Shown: one piece after another, positions 52,067-64,000 of the stretch
Layout: every line of letters starts with the position of its first letter
Position numbering within the stretch: position 1 is the first letter of the stretch
Notes under the pieces: model-generated
Database searches by the model: none
What the model was told of the DNA's origin: nothing
Seen by the model: only the letters and a program-made list of their open reading frames with translations
Position numbers and translations under genes: made by a program
Assembly (NCBI GenBank): GCA_963702205.1
Contig: OY969724.1
Coordinates: forward strand, 3,552,001-3,616,000
Direction: 5' to 3'
Origin: an uncultured candidate division Zixibacteria bacterium
GTDB lineage: Bacteria; Zixibacteria; MSB-5A5; GN15; PGXB01
DNA: 64,000 nucleotides

Positions 52067-52961
52067 TTTCCATGTACTGTATAAATCCGTTGGCCAGCCC
52101 GACCCGCTCAAAGGACTCAAACGCCGTCTTGAACTCATCCGGTGTTATCCGGCGGCTGATCAGAGTATCGCCCGGAGCCTTATAGGCCGGAAAATACTGG
52201 CTCATAAGAGATACGTAAACGTCAGGTGAGACTTCTTTCGCCAGGAATTCGAAAATTCCTTCGGAACCCGAGATTCCTCCCGGCAAAATCAGGTGGCGGA
52301 CAATCAGGCCTTTTTGGGCCATACCCCGGTCGTCGAGTTCCAGAAGGCCGACCTGACGAAACATTTCCGCTATGGCCGCACGATTGGTTTGTACGTAGTT
52401 TTCGCAACCGGAATACTTTTTAGCCGTTTTATCGTCGTTATATCGCATATCCGCCAGGTATATATCTATTATACCATCGAGCTGCTTCAATATCTCCAAT
52501 TTCTGATACCCCGAGCAATTATAAACTAAAGGGACGTTCAAGCCGTTGGTTTTGGCCTCGGCGACAGCCATAAGAATCATCGGCAACATATGATCGGGCG
52601 TCACGAAGTTAATATTATCGGCGCCACGTTTCTGGAGTTCCAGCATACGATCCGTCAGGCGTTCCACCGTGTAGGTATTGCCCGTATTGAGTTGGGAAAT
52701 CGGGTAGTTCTGACAGTACTTGCAGAAAAGCGAACAGCCGGAAAGAAAGACGGTCCCCGAGCCTCCTCCCCCGGACAGCGGCGGCTCCTCGCCGAAATGA
52801 AGATTGATGCTGGCGATACGCAGCTCGGCCGGAGACTTGCACTTTCCCGATGGATCGACAAAGCGATCGACGCCGCATTCATGGGGACACAGCGTGCACG
52901 CATGCATCGATTCGTACAGGCGCCGTCCCAGTGCCATTATTTCTTTGGGTGATTTTTTCAC
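52053..52961 (-). CDS. Radical SAM protein (PflX-like)
   Basis: CTLCPHECGVDR, HFGEEPP, CSLFCKYCQN, NINFVTP. Confidence 0.9.
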   Translation of the reverse strand: MKKSPKEIMALGRRLYESMHACTLCPHECGVDRFVDPSGKCKSPAELRIASINLHFGEEPPLSGGGGSGTVFLSGCSLFCKYCQNYPISQLNTGNTYTVERLTDRMLELQKRGADNINFVTPDHMLPMILMAVAEAKTNGLNVPLVYNCSGYQKLEILKQLDGIIDIYLADMRYNDDKTAKKYSGCENYVQTNRAAIAEMFRQVGLLELDDRGMAQKGLIVRHLILPGGISGSEGIFEFLAKEVSPDVYVSLMSQYFPAYKAPGDTLISRRITPDEFKTAFESFERVGLANGFIQYMENETA

Positions 52962-53695
52962 TATTTTTTCAATTCATCCATAATTATCGGCAGAATCTCT
53001 CCCGAGCGACCATGAAGGCTGAAATCACAATATTCAGTCAGAGGGGTCGGTTCGAGGTTGATCTCGACCAGATAAGCGCCGTTGCGTTTGGCTGCCAGAG
53101 GCATCGACGCCGCCGGGTGTACGAGCGCCGACGTCCCGACCGAGAAAAACAACTGGGCTCGGCTGCAGGCGTCAAAGGCACCGTTGATGGCTTTTTCCGG
53201 CAGCATTTCTCCAAACCAGACGACGTCGGGCCGGATTCTGCCGCCGCAGTCGCACAGGGGCAGGGTGTTGTTTTCGAGCGATATTTTGCCTTCGTACGGC
53301 CGGTTGCAGCTAAAGCATTTATTGCGGGCGATGTTGCCGTGCAGTTCGAGGATATTTTTCGACCCGGCCCGGCGGTGAAGGCCATCGACATTTTGAGTAA
53401 TCAGCGTAAAATCCGGGTAATGCCGTTCCATTTCTACGAGGCTGTAGTGTCCCGAGTTAGGCTCGACATCGTTCATGAGCTCGCGTCGGTACAGGTACCA
53501 CTCCCAGACAAGGGACGGATTATCCATAAAAGCCTCGACCGTCGCCAGTTCTTCTGCCCGGAACTTTTTCCAGAGGCCGTCTTCTCCCCGAAAAGTCGGC
53601 ACCCCTGACTCGGCCGATATCCCGGCCCCGGTCAGCACGGCGACGCTTGACGACTTCTTCAGCGTCTTAATGAATTCATCGGATAACTCATACAT
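52961..53695 (-). CDS. cobB: NAD-dependent protein deacylase (sirtuin)
   Basis: GAGISAESGVPTFRG, TQNVDGLH, HG, RPDVVWFGE. Confidence 0.95.
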   Translation of the reverse strand: MYELSDEFIKTLKKSSSVAVLTGAGISAESGVPTFRGEDGLWKKFRAEELATVEAFMDNPSLVWEWYLYRRELMNDVEPNSGHYSLVEMERHYPDFTLITQNVDGLHRRAGSKNILELHGNIARNKCFSCNRPYEGKISLENNTLPLCDCGGRIRPDVVWFGEMLPEKAINGAFDACSRAQLFFSVGTSALVHPAASMPLAAKRNGAYLVEINLEPTPLTEYCDFSLHGRSGEILPIIMDELKK

Positions 53696-53772
53696 ATCCG
53701 GCTCAAAATATGAAAATTCTGCCAAACGGGAAACAGTTATTTATTTTTCTCGGATTTTATTATATTGAATCC

Positions 53773-55245
53773 ATGGACATAAAAAGGTTGTGCTTCACAA
53801 TCGCAGCTTTTCTTCTCGCGTTGTTCCTGATAGAAGTCTGCGCCAGAATAGCCGAAAAGACCGTCGGATCGGTTCATTTGACCTCGGTTCGTCAGCCGGG
53901 CTGGCAGACGGAATTTTTCAGCCACAGCATGGATTTCCACGAGCCGGACCCGAGGCTTTTGTGGCGGCACCGGGCCAATCTGGATAATCCCCTTATTCAA
54001 ACGAACTCGGACGGACTATTAGGCGGAGAAATCCCTGATGAAAAGGACGGCTTCGCGTTCAGGATTTTATTGCTGGGAGATTCATCGCCGGTCGGTCTCG
54101 GTTTGCAGATGCGCAATGAGGCTTTCGGTGAACAGCTCAAGTTTATGCTCGACCAGTATTTTGCAGGAACCAAAAGGGTGGAATTAATCAATGCCGCCGT
54201 CAGCGGTTATTCCAGCGAGCAGGTTCGGCGATTTATGGAACTTCGCGGGCTATCCTATAATCCTGATCTCGTAATTATCTATTGCGGCAATAATGATGCT
54301 TCGATCTCCGGTCAGTTTACCGACCGGCAATTGATGGAAAGCCAGCCTATTGCCCAGGCGAGGGATTTGTTCGGCAAGCTCGCCATATACCGCATCTTCA
54401 GATCGTGGCTCGGCGGCAGTTCCCGGACGGAAACGGAAGACCCGACGTCGCTGGCGGTGAGGGTATCGCCGGAGAGGTACTATCAAAATCTGGAAAGTAT
54501 CGCCGAGGCCTGTCGCGCAAATAATCTGCCATTGGTAGTCATCAAGCCCCCGGTTCCTCTGCTTTGGCCGGCCGGCTTACAATTCAAGATTTTCCGCCAC
54601 ATTACCGGAGACGACGGGCAGCCGATTTTCCCGAAGGCGCTGGCCGATATTCTCGGACGGGATATCAAATATTGCCTGAAAGAGGACAGCAATCAAACCA
54701 AAGACCGTTTCGCCCAGGTCGTTTTTGCATCGGCTTTCGATGCATTCGGGACACCGACCGAAACGATTGACGAAATGAAAACGGACCTTCAACACGACGG
54801 CGAGAATCCTCTTTTGGAAAATAATCTGGGTGTTTCCTATTGGGAGACAGAACAGTTCGACAGTGCTCGTGTCTACTTAAATATGGCGCGACGGGATTTT
54901 TGCCGCGAAAATCAGCCGGATGTTTGTCCTGCTGTCGTGGCCGCCGGGTCGCCTTTCTTATTCAATCAGGGCGTGAATTATCTTTCGATGGGCCATGAAA
55001 CCATGGCGGAAGTCCTGCTCGACTCGGCATTGCAGGCCGATTACTTTTCGCTGAGAATCAAACGGGAATATTGGGAGGCTGTCGATTCTGTCGGTCATCT
55101 CGACAATGTCACCGTAATCGATCTTCCTTCGATTTTCGAAGAAAGCGGCGGTGACTGCCTTTTTGTGGATCACTGCCATCCGACTTTGGAGGGGCATCGC
55201 CTGATCGCCCAGGCGCTTTTCAATGCCATCAGGAAAATAATCTGA
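53773..55245 (+). CDS. SGNH/GDSL hydrolase family membrane-anchored protein
   Basis: LGDS, NAAVSGYSS, GNND, DHCHPT. Confidence 0.85.
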   Translation: MDIKRLCFTIAAFLLALFLIEVCARIAEKTVGSVHLTSVRQPGWQTEFFSHSMDFHEPDPRLLWRHRANLDNPLIQTNSDGLLGGEIPDEKDGFAFRILLLGDSSPVGLGLQMRNEAFGEQLKFMLDQYFAGTKRVELINAAVSGYSSEQVRRFMELRGLSYNPDLVIIYCGNNDASISGQFTDRQLMESQPIAQARDLFGKLAIYRIFRSWLGGSSRTETEDPTSLAVRVSPERYYQNLESIAEACRANNLPLVVIKPPVPLLWPAGLQFKIFRHITGDDGQPIFPKALADILGRDIKYCLKEDSNQTKDRFAQVVFASAFDAFGTPTETIDEMKTDLQHDGENPLLENNLGVSYWETEQFDSARVYLNMARRDFCRENQPDVCPAVVAAGSPFLFNQGVNYLSMGHETMAEVLLDSALQADYFSLRIKREYWEAVDSVGHLDNVTVIDLPSIFEESGGDCLFVDHCHPTLEGHRLIAQALFNAIRKII

Positions 55246-55255
55246 TGAGATGATT

Positions 55256-57445
55256 TTATTCGATCGCCGCACGCTCCGAATGAGCCAGAAAGCGGGGCGG
55301 CAGGTTTTCGGTCTTGCCTGCGAAAAGCAGGATAGTCATCTCGATCGGCAGGCCCGCTTTCAAATCGACCGGGACAATCGACACCAGCGACGTGCCCTGA
55401 TAAACTTTTTCAAAACCGCTCTCGGATAATGACACGGTCAAAATCGGTGCCTGCCAGAGTTCGACCTTTTTATCGAACGCCAGCGCCGAAGAAACTCCGC
55501 GCCATTCATCGTGCAGAATCACGTTGCGGCATTCCGTAACGCCATTGACCGAATCGAGAAAACTCTCATCGCTTCTTTCACCGTTAAAGAGAACATACCG
55601 GTCGGCGGCGTGCCCGGCCTGGAAATTGAAATTGTTTTCGACCGCCAGACGAAGACTCCAAATGTCCTCATCGGGGGCGATAAGCTTATAATTAACCGAA
55701 ATGACATCCGATTGCGGCGAGAAGAAAAATCTTTTTTCCACGTTGAGATTTATGGGTCGGCCGTCGCGCCAGATATGCCCGTTGCGGGTCAGGGAGACGG
55801 AATTACTCTCTGATTGAGTCCGGCAGCGGTACGGCTCCAGAACGAAATCGCCTTCGTCGTGAAATTGTCCGCCCGCGAAACCGTGAAGATTGGAATCGCC
55901 GGACAGGAAATGATCGACAAAACAGCGGCGCGGGTACCAGTCGTCGACCAGCAGACGGTCGAGGCCGTCTTCTTTGGTCAGAACTAAATCGTGAATCGAG
56001 GCTGTTTCGCCGGCATCGGGCGGAACTTCTTCACCGGATTTGCGGGCTTTGGCCAGTTTACCGTGATAACCTTCGATCCGTCGGCGCAGCGTGTCGATTA
56101 GATTGAATTGCGCGTCATAGCTGTCCAGCTCGATCAAGGCTCCCCCGCGCGAGGGCTTGAAAAAAGCCGCGAATTTATCGGTACGGACTATCAATTCATC
56201 ATGGCCATCGCAGTCATAATCGACCAGCTGCGCTTGAATCCTGTCCCCGGTTTGAATCAGCAGTTTTTCCGCTTTGATAAGATTTTCGAAAATGGCCTGA
56301 CGTATATGCGGTAAGTACAGTCCGCCGAAAACTCCGTGCCAGTACGGGCAGTTACATTGCCCGGCATAGAGATAATGCCGTGCGGCGGGTACGATGTTAT
56401 TGTCCGGGCCGTGTTCGGCGATGTACTTATCGAGCAACTGCGAGACGGTCAGCATGCGCTTATGCATCTGGTTGCTTTCGTCGTACTTGGCCAGGAATCC
56501 GCGCCAGTGACCGCCTCGGACGAACCGTCCGAACCGTCCCAGAAGCCCACCGGCTTTCAGGTGGCTTTCGAATTCCTCGTATTCGATATAGGCTTTCGCG
56601 GGCAGCGACCAGTGCAGCATTTCGGCGTAGGACGCGCTCGGCAGAAAGGCCTGGCCCATCGATTTGGTCCGCGACGCCTCCCCCAGCGTACAGATTTCCA
56701 GCCACTCGTTATTCTGAGACAGCGCCTCGAAAAAATTTTCCAGCCAGCCGTCGTCGTAGCAATGCTTGTACGTGTCGGGCCAGACGCCGAATTTCTCGCC
56801 GTCGTCGGCATAAACGGCCAATCCCTCGGGATTGCGTTCGGCCTGGGCGCGAAGCTCGGCCATGACCTTGTCCACGGTTCCGAATGGAATCAGATAGCGA
56901 AGCTTTTTTTGTATTGGTAATAGAGTCAGCGGATGGCCTTCGTCTTCGGTGACAAAGACGCCGCGAAGGTTGTCCTGTTCGAACCCGGCGTACAGGAAGT
57001 GGGTGTCGTCGATGGGGATATAGCGCACCCCGGCCCGGTTCAAAATCTTCGGCAGCTGCGGTTCCCAGACGCGCTCGGTCAGCCACAAGCCTTCGGTATC
57101 GAAACTGAAATGATCGTGCAGGTAGCGCGTAAGCAGGGCAATCTGACCGGCTTTATCGGTATCGGGGATCGACGGCAGTATCGGCTCATAAAAACCGCCG
57201 GTCATGAGTTCGATCTGTCCGTTTTGCACCAGTTCCTTGACCAGATCAAAATATTCCGGGTGGTGGCGTTCCTGCCAGTCCCAGAGAATGCCGGATTGAT
57301 GCAGCGATAATTTTATATTGGGGTATTTTTTTACCAGTTCCAGAAACGGCCGGTAGGCGTGGAGATGTGCGTCTTCGAAGACGGCATCGAAATTCCCGAC
57401 CGGCTGATGGTTGTGCAAGCCGAGGGCCAGCTTGAATTTTGCCAT
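55256..57445 (-). CDS. GH57 4-alpha-glucanotransferase/alpha-amylase
   Basis: HNHQPVGN, WLTERVWEP, DDGEKFGVWP, QCNCPYWHGVFGGLY. Confidence 0.93.
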   Translation of the reverse strand: MAKFKLALGLHNHQPVGNFDAVFEDAHLHAYRPFLELVKKYPNIKLSLHQSGILWDWQERHHPEYFDLVKELVQNGQIELMTGGFYEPILPSIPDTDKAGQIALLTRYLHDHFSFDTEGLWLTERVWEPQLPKILNRAGVRYIPIDDTHFLYAGFEQDNLRGVFVTEDEGHPLTLLPIQKKLRYLIPFGTVDKVMAELRAQAERNPEGLAVYADDGEKFGVWPDTYKHCYDDGWLENFFEALSQNNEWLEICTLGEASRTKSMGQAFLPSASYAEMLHWSLPAKAYIEYEEFESHLKAGGLLGRFGRFVRGGHWRGFLAKYDESNQMHKRMLTVSQLLDKYIAEHGPDNNIVPAARHYLYAGQCNCPYWHGVFGGLYLPHIRQAIFENLIKAEKLLIQTGDRIQAQLVDYDCDGHDELIVRTDKFAAFFKPSRGGALIELDSYDAQFNLIDTLRRRIEGYHGKLAKARKSGEEVPPDAGETASIHDLVLTKEDGLDRLLVDDWYPRRCFVDHFLSGDSNLHGFAGGQFHDEGDFVLEPYRCRTQSESNSVSLTRNGHIWRDGRPINLNVEKRFFFSPQSDVISVNYKLIAPDEDIWSLRLAVENNFNFQAGHAADRYVLFNGERSDESFLDSVNGVTECRNVILHDEWRGVSSALAFDKKVELWQAPILTVSLSESGFEKVYQGTSLVSIVPVDLKAGLPIEMTILLFAGKTENLPPRFLAHSERAAIE

Positions 57446-58347
57446 TAAAACAACTCCACTGTCAAGTTGATATATTTGCGGGGATTGGCGCGAATATCGT
57501 TGATCAGATCATCGATATTGTCGGCCGTACGGCGCAGGTCGTCGTAAAGGCGGCGGTCATCGACCAGCATCTGCAGAGTGCCGTCACCGTTTTCCAGATT
57601 GTCGGCAAAGGATCGGGCGGTGGTGGCCACTTTTGACAAATCCGCCACGACCGAGTCGATACTGGCGACGGTATTATTGAGGCCGGTCATAATGGTGTCG
57701 ATTTTCTGGCCATTGGTGACGGCCAGATTGCGAAACGCCTGTGATGCTTTAAGGAAATTCTGGGCGCTTTGATCAAGTCTGTCTTTATTGCGGTCCATGT
57801 AGTCGGCCAGGGACTCTGTCACTCTCTCCATGTTGGATATTGTCGCCGAAAGTTTGCCGAGGTTGCTTTCGGACGCGATGGAATGTTTAAGCGACAGCAC
57901 CAGATTTCGCAGTTCGGTGATCATCTCGCCCATCATGCCCATGACTTCGGGTATGCCGGTATCATAGGAGCCTTTGATCGGATTGACCGGGTCCAGCGGG
58001 ACGTCGCTTTTGCCCTGGGTCACGGCGAGAAAGCGCTCGCCCATCAGGCCGATATTTTTGACTGTCGCGGTGGCGTCCTCTTTGAGATGAACGTCGCCGG
58101 AGACGGTAAATTCCACCAGGACGCCTTTATCCGTCAGGCTTAACTGCTGAATCTTGCCCTTGCGCAGACCGGAAATCATAACCGGGTCGCCTTTGGACAG
58201 GGAGCCGACTTCATCGAAAACGGCATAGACGTCGATATTCTCCTGCCCGTACCGATAGCCCTGAATCCAGAGGATTGTTGCGACAAAAATTATCAGACTG
58301 GATATAATAATCAGCCCGACTCTTATTTCTATGTTTTTGGCGGCCAT
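57445..58347 (-). CDS. MlaD/MCE family protein
   Basis: N-terminal TM, MCE motif L..GDPV..SG...G.I, GLMGE, C-terminal DIRANPRKY. Confidence 0.9.
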   Translation of the reverse strand: MAAKNIEIRVGLIIISSLIIFVATILWIQGYRYGQENIDVYAVFDEVGSLSKGDPVMISGLRKGKIQQLSLTDKGVLVEFTVSGDVHLKEDATATVKNIGLMGERFLAVTQGKSDVPLDPVNPIKGSYDTGIPEVMGMMGEMITELRNLVLSLKHSIASESNLGKLSATISNMERVTESLADYMDRNKDRLDQSAQNFLKASQAFRNLAVTNGQKIDTIMTGLNNTVASIDSVVADLSKVATTARSFADNLENGDGTLQMLVDDRRLYDDLRRTADNIDDLINDIRANPRKYINLTVELF

Positions 58348-58433
58348 AATTTTTGGTCTCTGTTCAATTATTCGACAATATTATTCAACAATTTATCCCT
58401 TCGAATAATTTAAACAACCTATAAAGCGATTTG

Positions 58434-59330
58434 TTAGAGGGAATTATAGATGGAAACATAGCTGTCGTAACGAAAGCGGAATATTTTTCCGGTTTTGACG
58501 GCCTCTTTGATGGCGCAATCCGGCTCGGGAATGTGACTGCAACCGGTGAAACGACATTTTCCCTCGAATTCGGCGAATTCGGGATAAAAACCGGCGACGT
58601 CGTCTTTTTCGACTTCCCACAGCCCGAGAACTTTTAAGCCGGGAGTATCGACCACAAAGCCGCCTTTGGGCAGTTCATAGAGCTGGACGCTGGTTGTGGT
58701 ATGGACGCCTTTGTCGGACGCTTCGGAAATATCTCCGACCCGTATGTTGACACCGGGCAAGAGACGATTGAGAATGGTCGATTTGCCGACGCCGCTGTGA
58801 CCGGCAAAAATAGTTATATGATCCGCGAGAGCTTTTTCTATCTGCACCATGCTTTTATCACCGGTCGCGGAAATGAGATATATGGGTATATCCAGTGATT
58901 GATATCCGGCCATAATTTCTTTTAATATTTCGGGATGATCGAGATCGGTTTTGTTGATCATTAACAGCGGCTCCAGATTGCCCAGACCGGCGGCGATAAG
59001 GAAACGATCGATCAGACCCGGCTTCAGCTCGGGGCTTTTGACGGATACAACAATCGCCAATTGATCGAGATTGGCGGCGATCACCTGTTTTTTCCGGGCC
59101 GAACCTTTGGCAGGGCGAAACAGCATCGACCGCCTCGGACCGACTTCCCGGATCATGCCCGTGGACTTATCGGATGTCTCGATTTTTACATGATCTCCGA
59201 CCGCCACCGGGGTGGTGGCATCGGCAGCGTGTTTAACCCGACCGCGAATTTCGCAGGTAAATTCGGTATTATCCGCCCGTACGATGAAAAATTTCCCGTG
59301 TGCTCTGACGACAATTCCCGAAAGAATCAT
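58434..59330 (-). CDS. rsgA: Ribosome small subunit-dependent GTPase A
   Basis: NKTD, GHSGVGKST, HTTT, DTPG, CRFTGCSHIPEPDC. Confidence 0.96.
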   Translation of the reverse strand: MILSGIVVRAHGKFFIVRADNTEFTCEIRGRVKHAADATTPVAVGDHVKIETSDKSTGMIREVGPRRSMLFRPAKGSARKKQVIAANLDQLAIVVSVKSPELKPGLIDRFLIAAGLGNLEPLLMINKTDLDHPEILKEIMAGYQSLDIPIYLISATGDKSMVQIEKALADHITIFAGHSGVGKSTILNRLLPGVNIRVGDISEASDKGVHTTTSVQLYELPKGGFVVDTPGLKVLGLWEVEKDDVAGFYPEFAEFEGKCRFTGCSHIPEPDCAIKEAVKTGKIFRFRYDSYVSIYNSL

Positions 59331-59345
59331 GCCGTCAGATCCTTG

Positions 59346-59549
59346 TTACTCCTCATCCAGATCGAATTCCTGATCCTGTTCCTCCTCATCGTCTTCTATT
59401 AGATCTTGCCAGTCGCTTACGTTGCCCTTTTTACCAGGCTTGACATCGCCTTTATCCGATTTCTGGCGACGCTGCAGTTTTTCACGAAATCCTCTGTCAC
59501 TCTCATCAAATTCATAATGCTTTTTGGATTTCTTGCGTTTCTTAAGCAC
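59346..59549 (-). CDS. Small protein with basic N-terminus and acidic C-terminus
   Basis: AGGAGG RBS before GTG; 15 bp upstream of rsgA. Confidence 0.6.
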   Translation of the reverse strand: MLKKRKKSKKHYEFDESDRGFREKLQRRQKSDKGDVKPGKKGNVSDWQDLIEDDEEEQDQEFDLDEE

Positions 59550-59811
59550 CTGAATTAAGCCTCCTGATGATGTTATAATGATTTAGTCCCGACAAGGTGA
59601 GCCTTCAATAATTATTCAATTTTCGGCAGCGGCCCGGGGCCGTTTTGAACTTCTACCCTTTCAAATAATTTTCGGAACTTTGCGCTATAAATGTACTCGC
59701 GGAATGAATTTTCCGCAACAAAATTATAAACCAGTGTTATAAAAACTATACGGTTGAAAGCGGCTCTTTAATCATATATATTCCCGCATACCGTTGAGAA
59801 AGGACCGAACG

Positions 59812-62752
<2,941 letters not shown>

Positions 62753-62769
<17 letters not shown>

Positions 62770-63883
62770 TAATGAGAGGAAAAAGGTCGGGAATATAACC
62801 GGCACTGTAATTCACCTCTATAAAAATCAATCCATTTATGAAGTCAACTTCCCTCATTTTTGTGTTCATAGACCAGATGGTAGAGACAGCGATTTATACA
62901 AGTTCCCGGTAAAAGAACGAGGCGATAAAGAGCATCCCAGCATTAACGTATATTTTAGTTTGACACTAATTAGTACGCACACTGATAATAAAACAAACGA
63001 AACAGAAAGCCAGAACGAGATTAACATTGTTGCAGGCAGAGCTGTATTTAAGGCGCTTGGAGGGGATCCAAATTCGATATTTATTAATACGAGTAATTAT
63101 AGTGAGTATCTATATAACCATACCATTGACTATAAGCCATTAAGAAAAAAAATCCTAGATTACATTGATGATCGCTATGAGCGATTATTCGACAAGCAAT
63201 TTTTGGTTTATGAGATAGTAATCGCACTAACTTACGATTATAAAGAGATTTTGTCTCAAATTAAATATTTAATTCAAGAAAAAGTTCTATCGATGAATAT
63301 TCGAATGGATGAGTTGTACAGATATCATGATTATGAATTTGTAAGATTTGAATTTACTAAAGGGGAAAAATTCGAGGATTATAAAACTTCTTTCAATAAA
63401 AAACTAAATAACAAACGAAGTTCTGTTATTAATTTTAATGATAAATACCCTTACTTAAATATAGACAGATGTAATGAGGAATTTCAGGAAGCCTTAAATC
63501 TAGTTGAAAGTAATCCCGACAAGGCGCTAAGGATAGCCTGCAGCTACCTGGAAAGCATTGCAAAGCATATACTAGATTATTTTCATAAGCCTTATCCTGA
63601 AAACATGGACGTTCAATCTCTTGTGAATGAATGTATCAAGTATCTGAGATTATCAAATGATTCAAAATCGAAAAGTGAATTAGTAAGAATTAATCGAAGT
63701 ATTCTTAATATTGCATCTGGTATTGGAACAATTAGAACGCATTTTAGCGATGTCCATGGAAAAGGCATGGCTGAAGATGAATTAGGAGTAAGGCACGCTC
63801 GTTATATAGTGGCACTATCGCGTTCGCTATCTATTTTTCTAATTGAAACACTGGCCGAAAATTTGCAAGAAAAGAATCCATAA
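62753..63883 (+). CDS. Abortive-infection Abi_C (HEPN-like) domain protein; start uncertain
   Basis: C-terminal [13 protein letters not shown]...[13 protein letters not shown]...HARYIV; visibly AT-rich relative to secA. Confidence 0.75.
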
Positions 63884-63885
63884 AT

Positions 63886-64000
63886 ATGTACCACACTGTA
63901 TTTTTTGACGCCGGCGGGACGCTGGTTACCGGGGAATCATCGCTCAAAGTCATTGCCCGCGAAATCGATCCCTCGCGCGAAGAAGCAATTTTTCGCTACC
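63886..64000 (+). CDS. HAD-family hydrolase (partial)
   Basis: MYHTVFFDAGGTLV resembles HAD motif I; runs off the window. Confidence 0.7.
   Translation, partial: MYHTVFFDAGGTLVTGESSLKVIAREIDPSREEAIFRY

Overview
Bacterial chromosome segment from a diderm (LPS genes waaF/lpxL). The secreted dockerin, cohesin-like and PEP-CTERM proteins suggest candidate phylum Zixibacteria or a related FCB lineage (inference). Housekeeping blocks: trpS-scpA-scpB-rluB, lipA, pyrK-pyrD-pyrF, cobB, rsgA, secA. Main accessory content: (1) a ~14.3 kb minus-strand cluster (24203-38527) encoding an HK97-type head and packaging module (portal, terminase, prohead protease fused to degenerate DNA-ligase-like domains, scaffold-like, decoration, major capsid, adaptor) plus signal-peptide proteins and a holin-like protein. 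It has no recognisable integrase, replication, tail or endolysin genes and is interrupted by a sigma54-type promoter and micro-ORF, so it is a candidate domesticated, GTA-like tail-less capsid system. (2) An IS110 element whose bridge-RNA guides, CT core, REP-like target and circle-junction promoter can all be read from the sequence. (3) Four +1 frameshifts, all at AGTAC(C), plus a probable fifth indel at GTAC; these are probably methylation-linked sequencing errors, so the capsid cluster is probably intact. (4) REP/MITE-like repeats, an MNT-HEPN toxin-antitoxin pair and a low-GC Abi_C gene. All protein calls come from motifs recognised by eye; no database searches were run.
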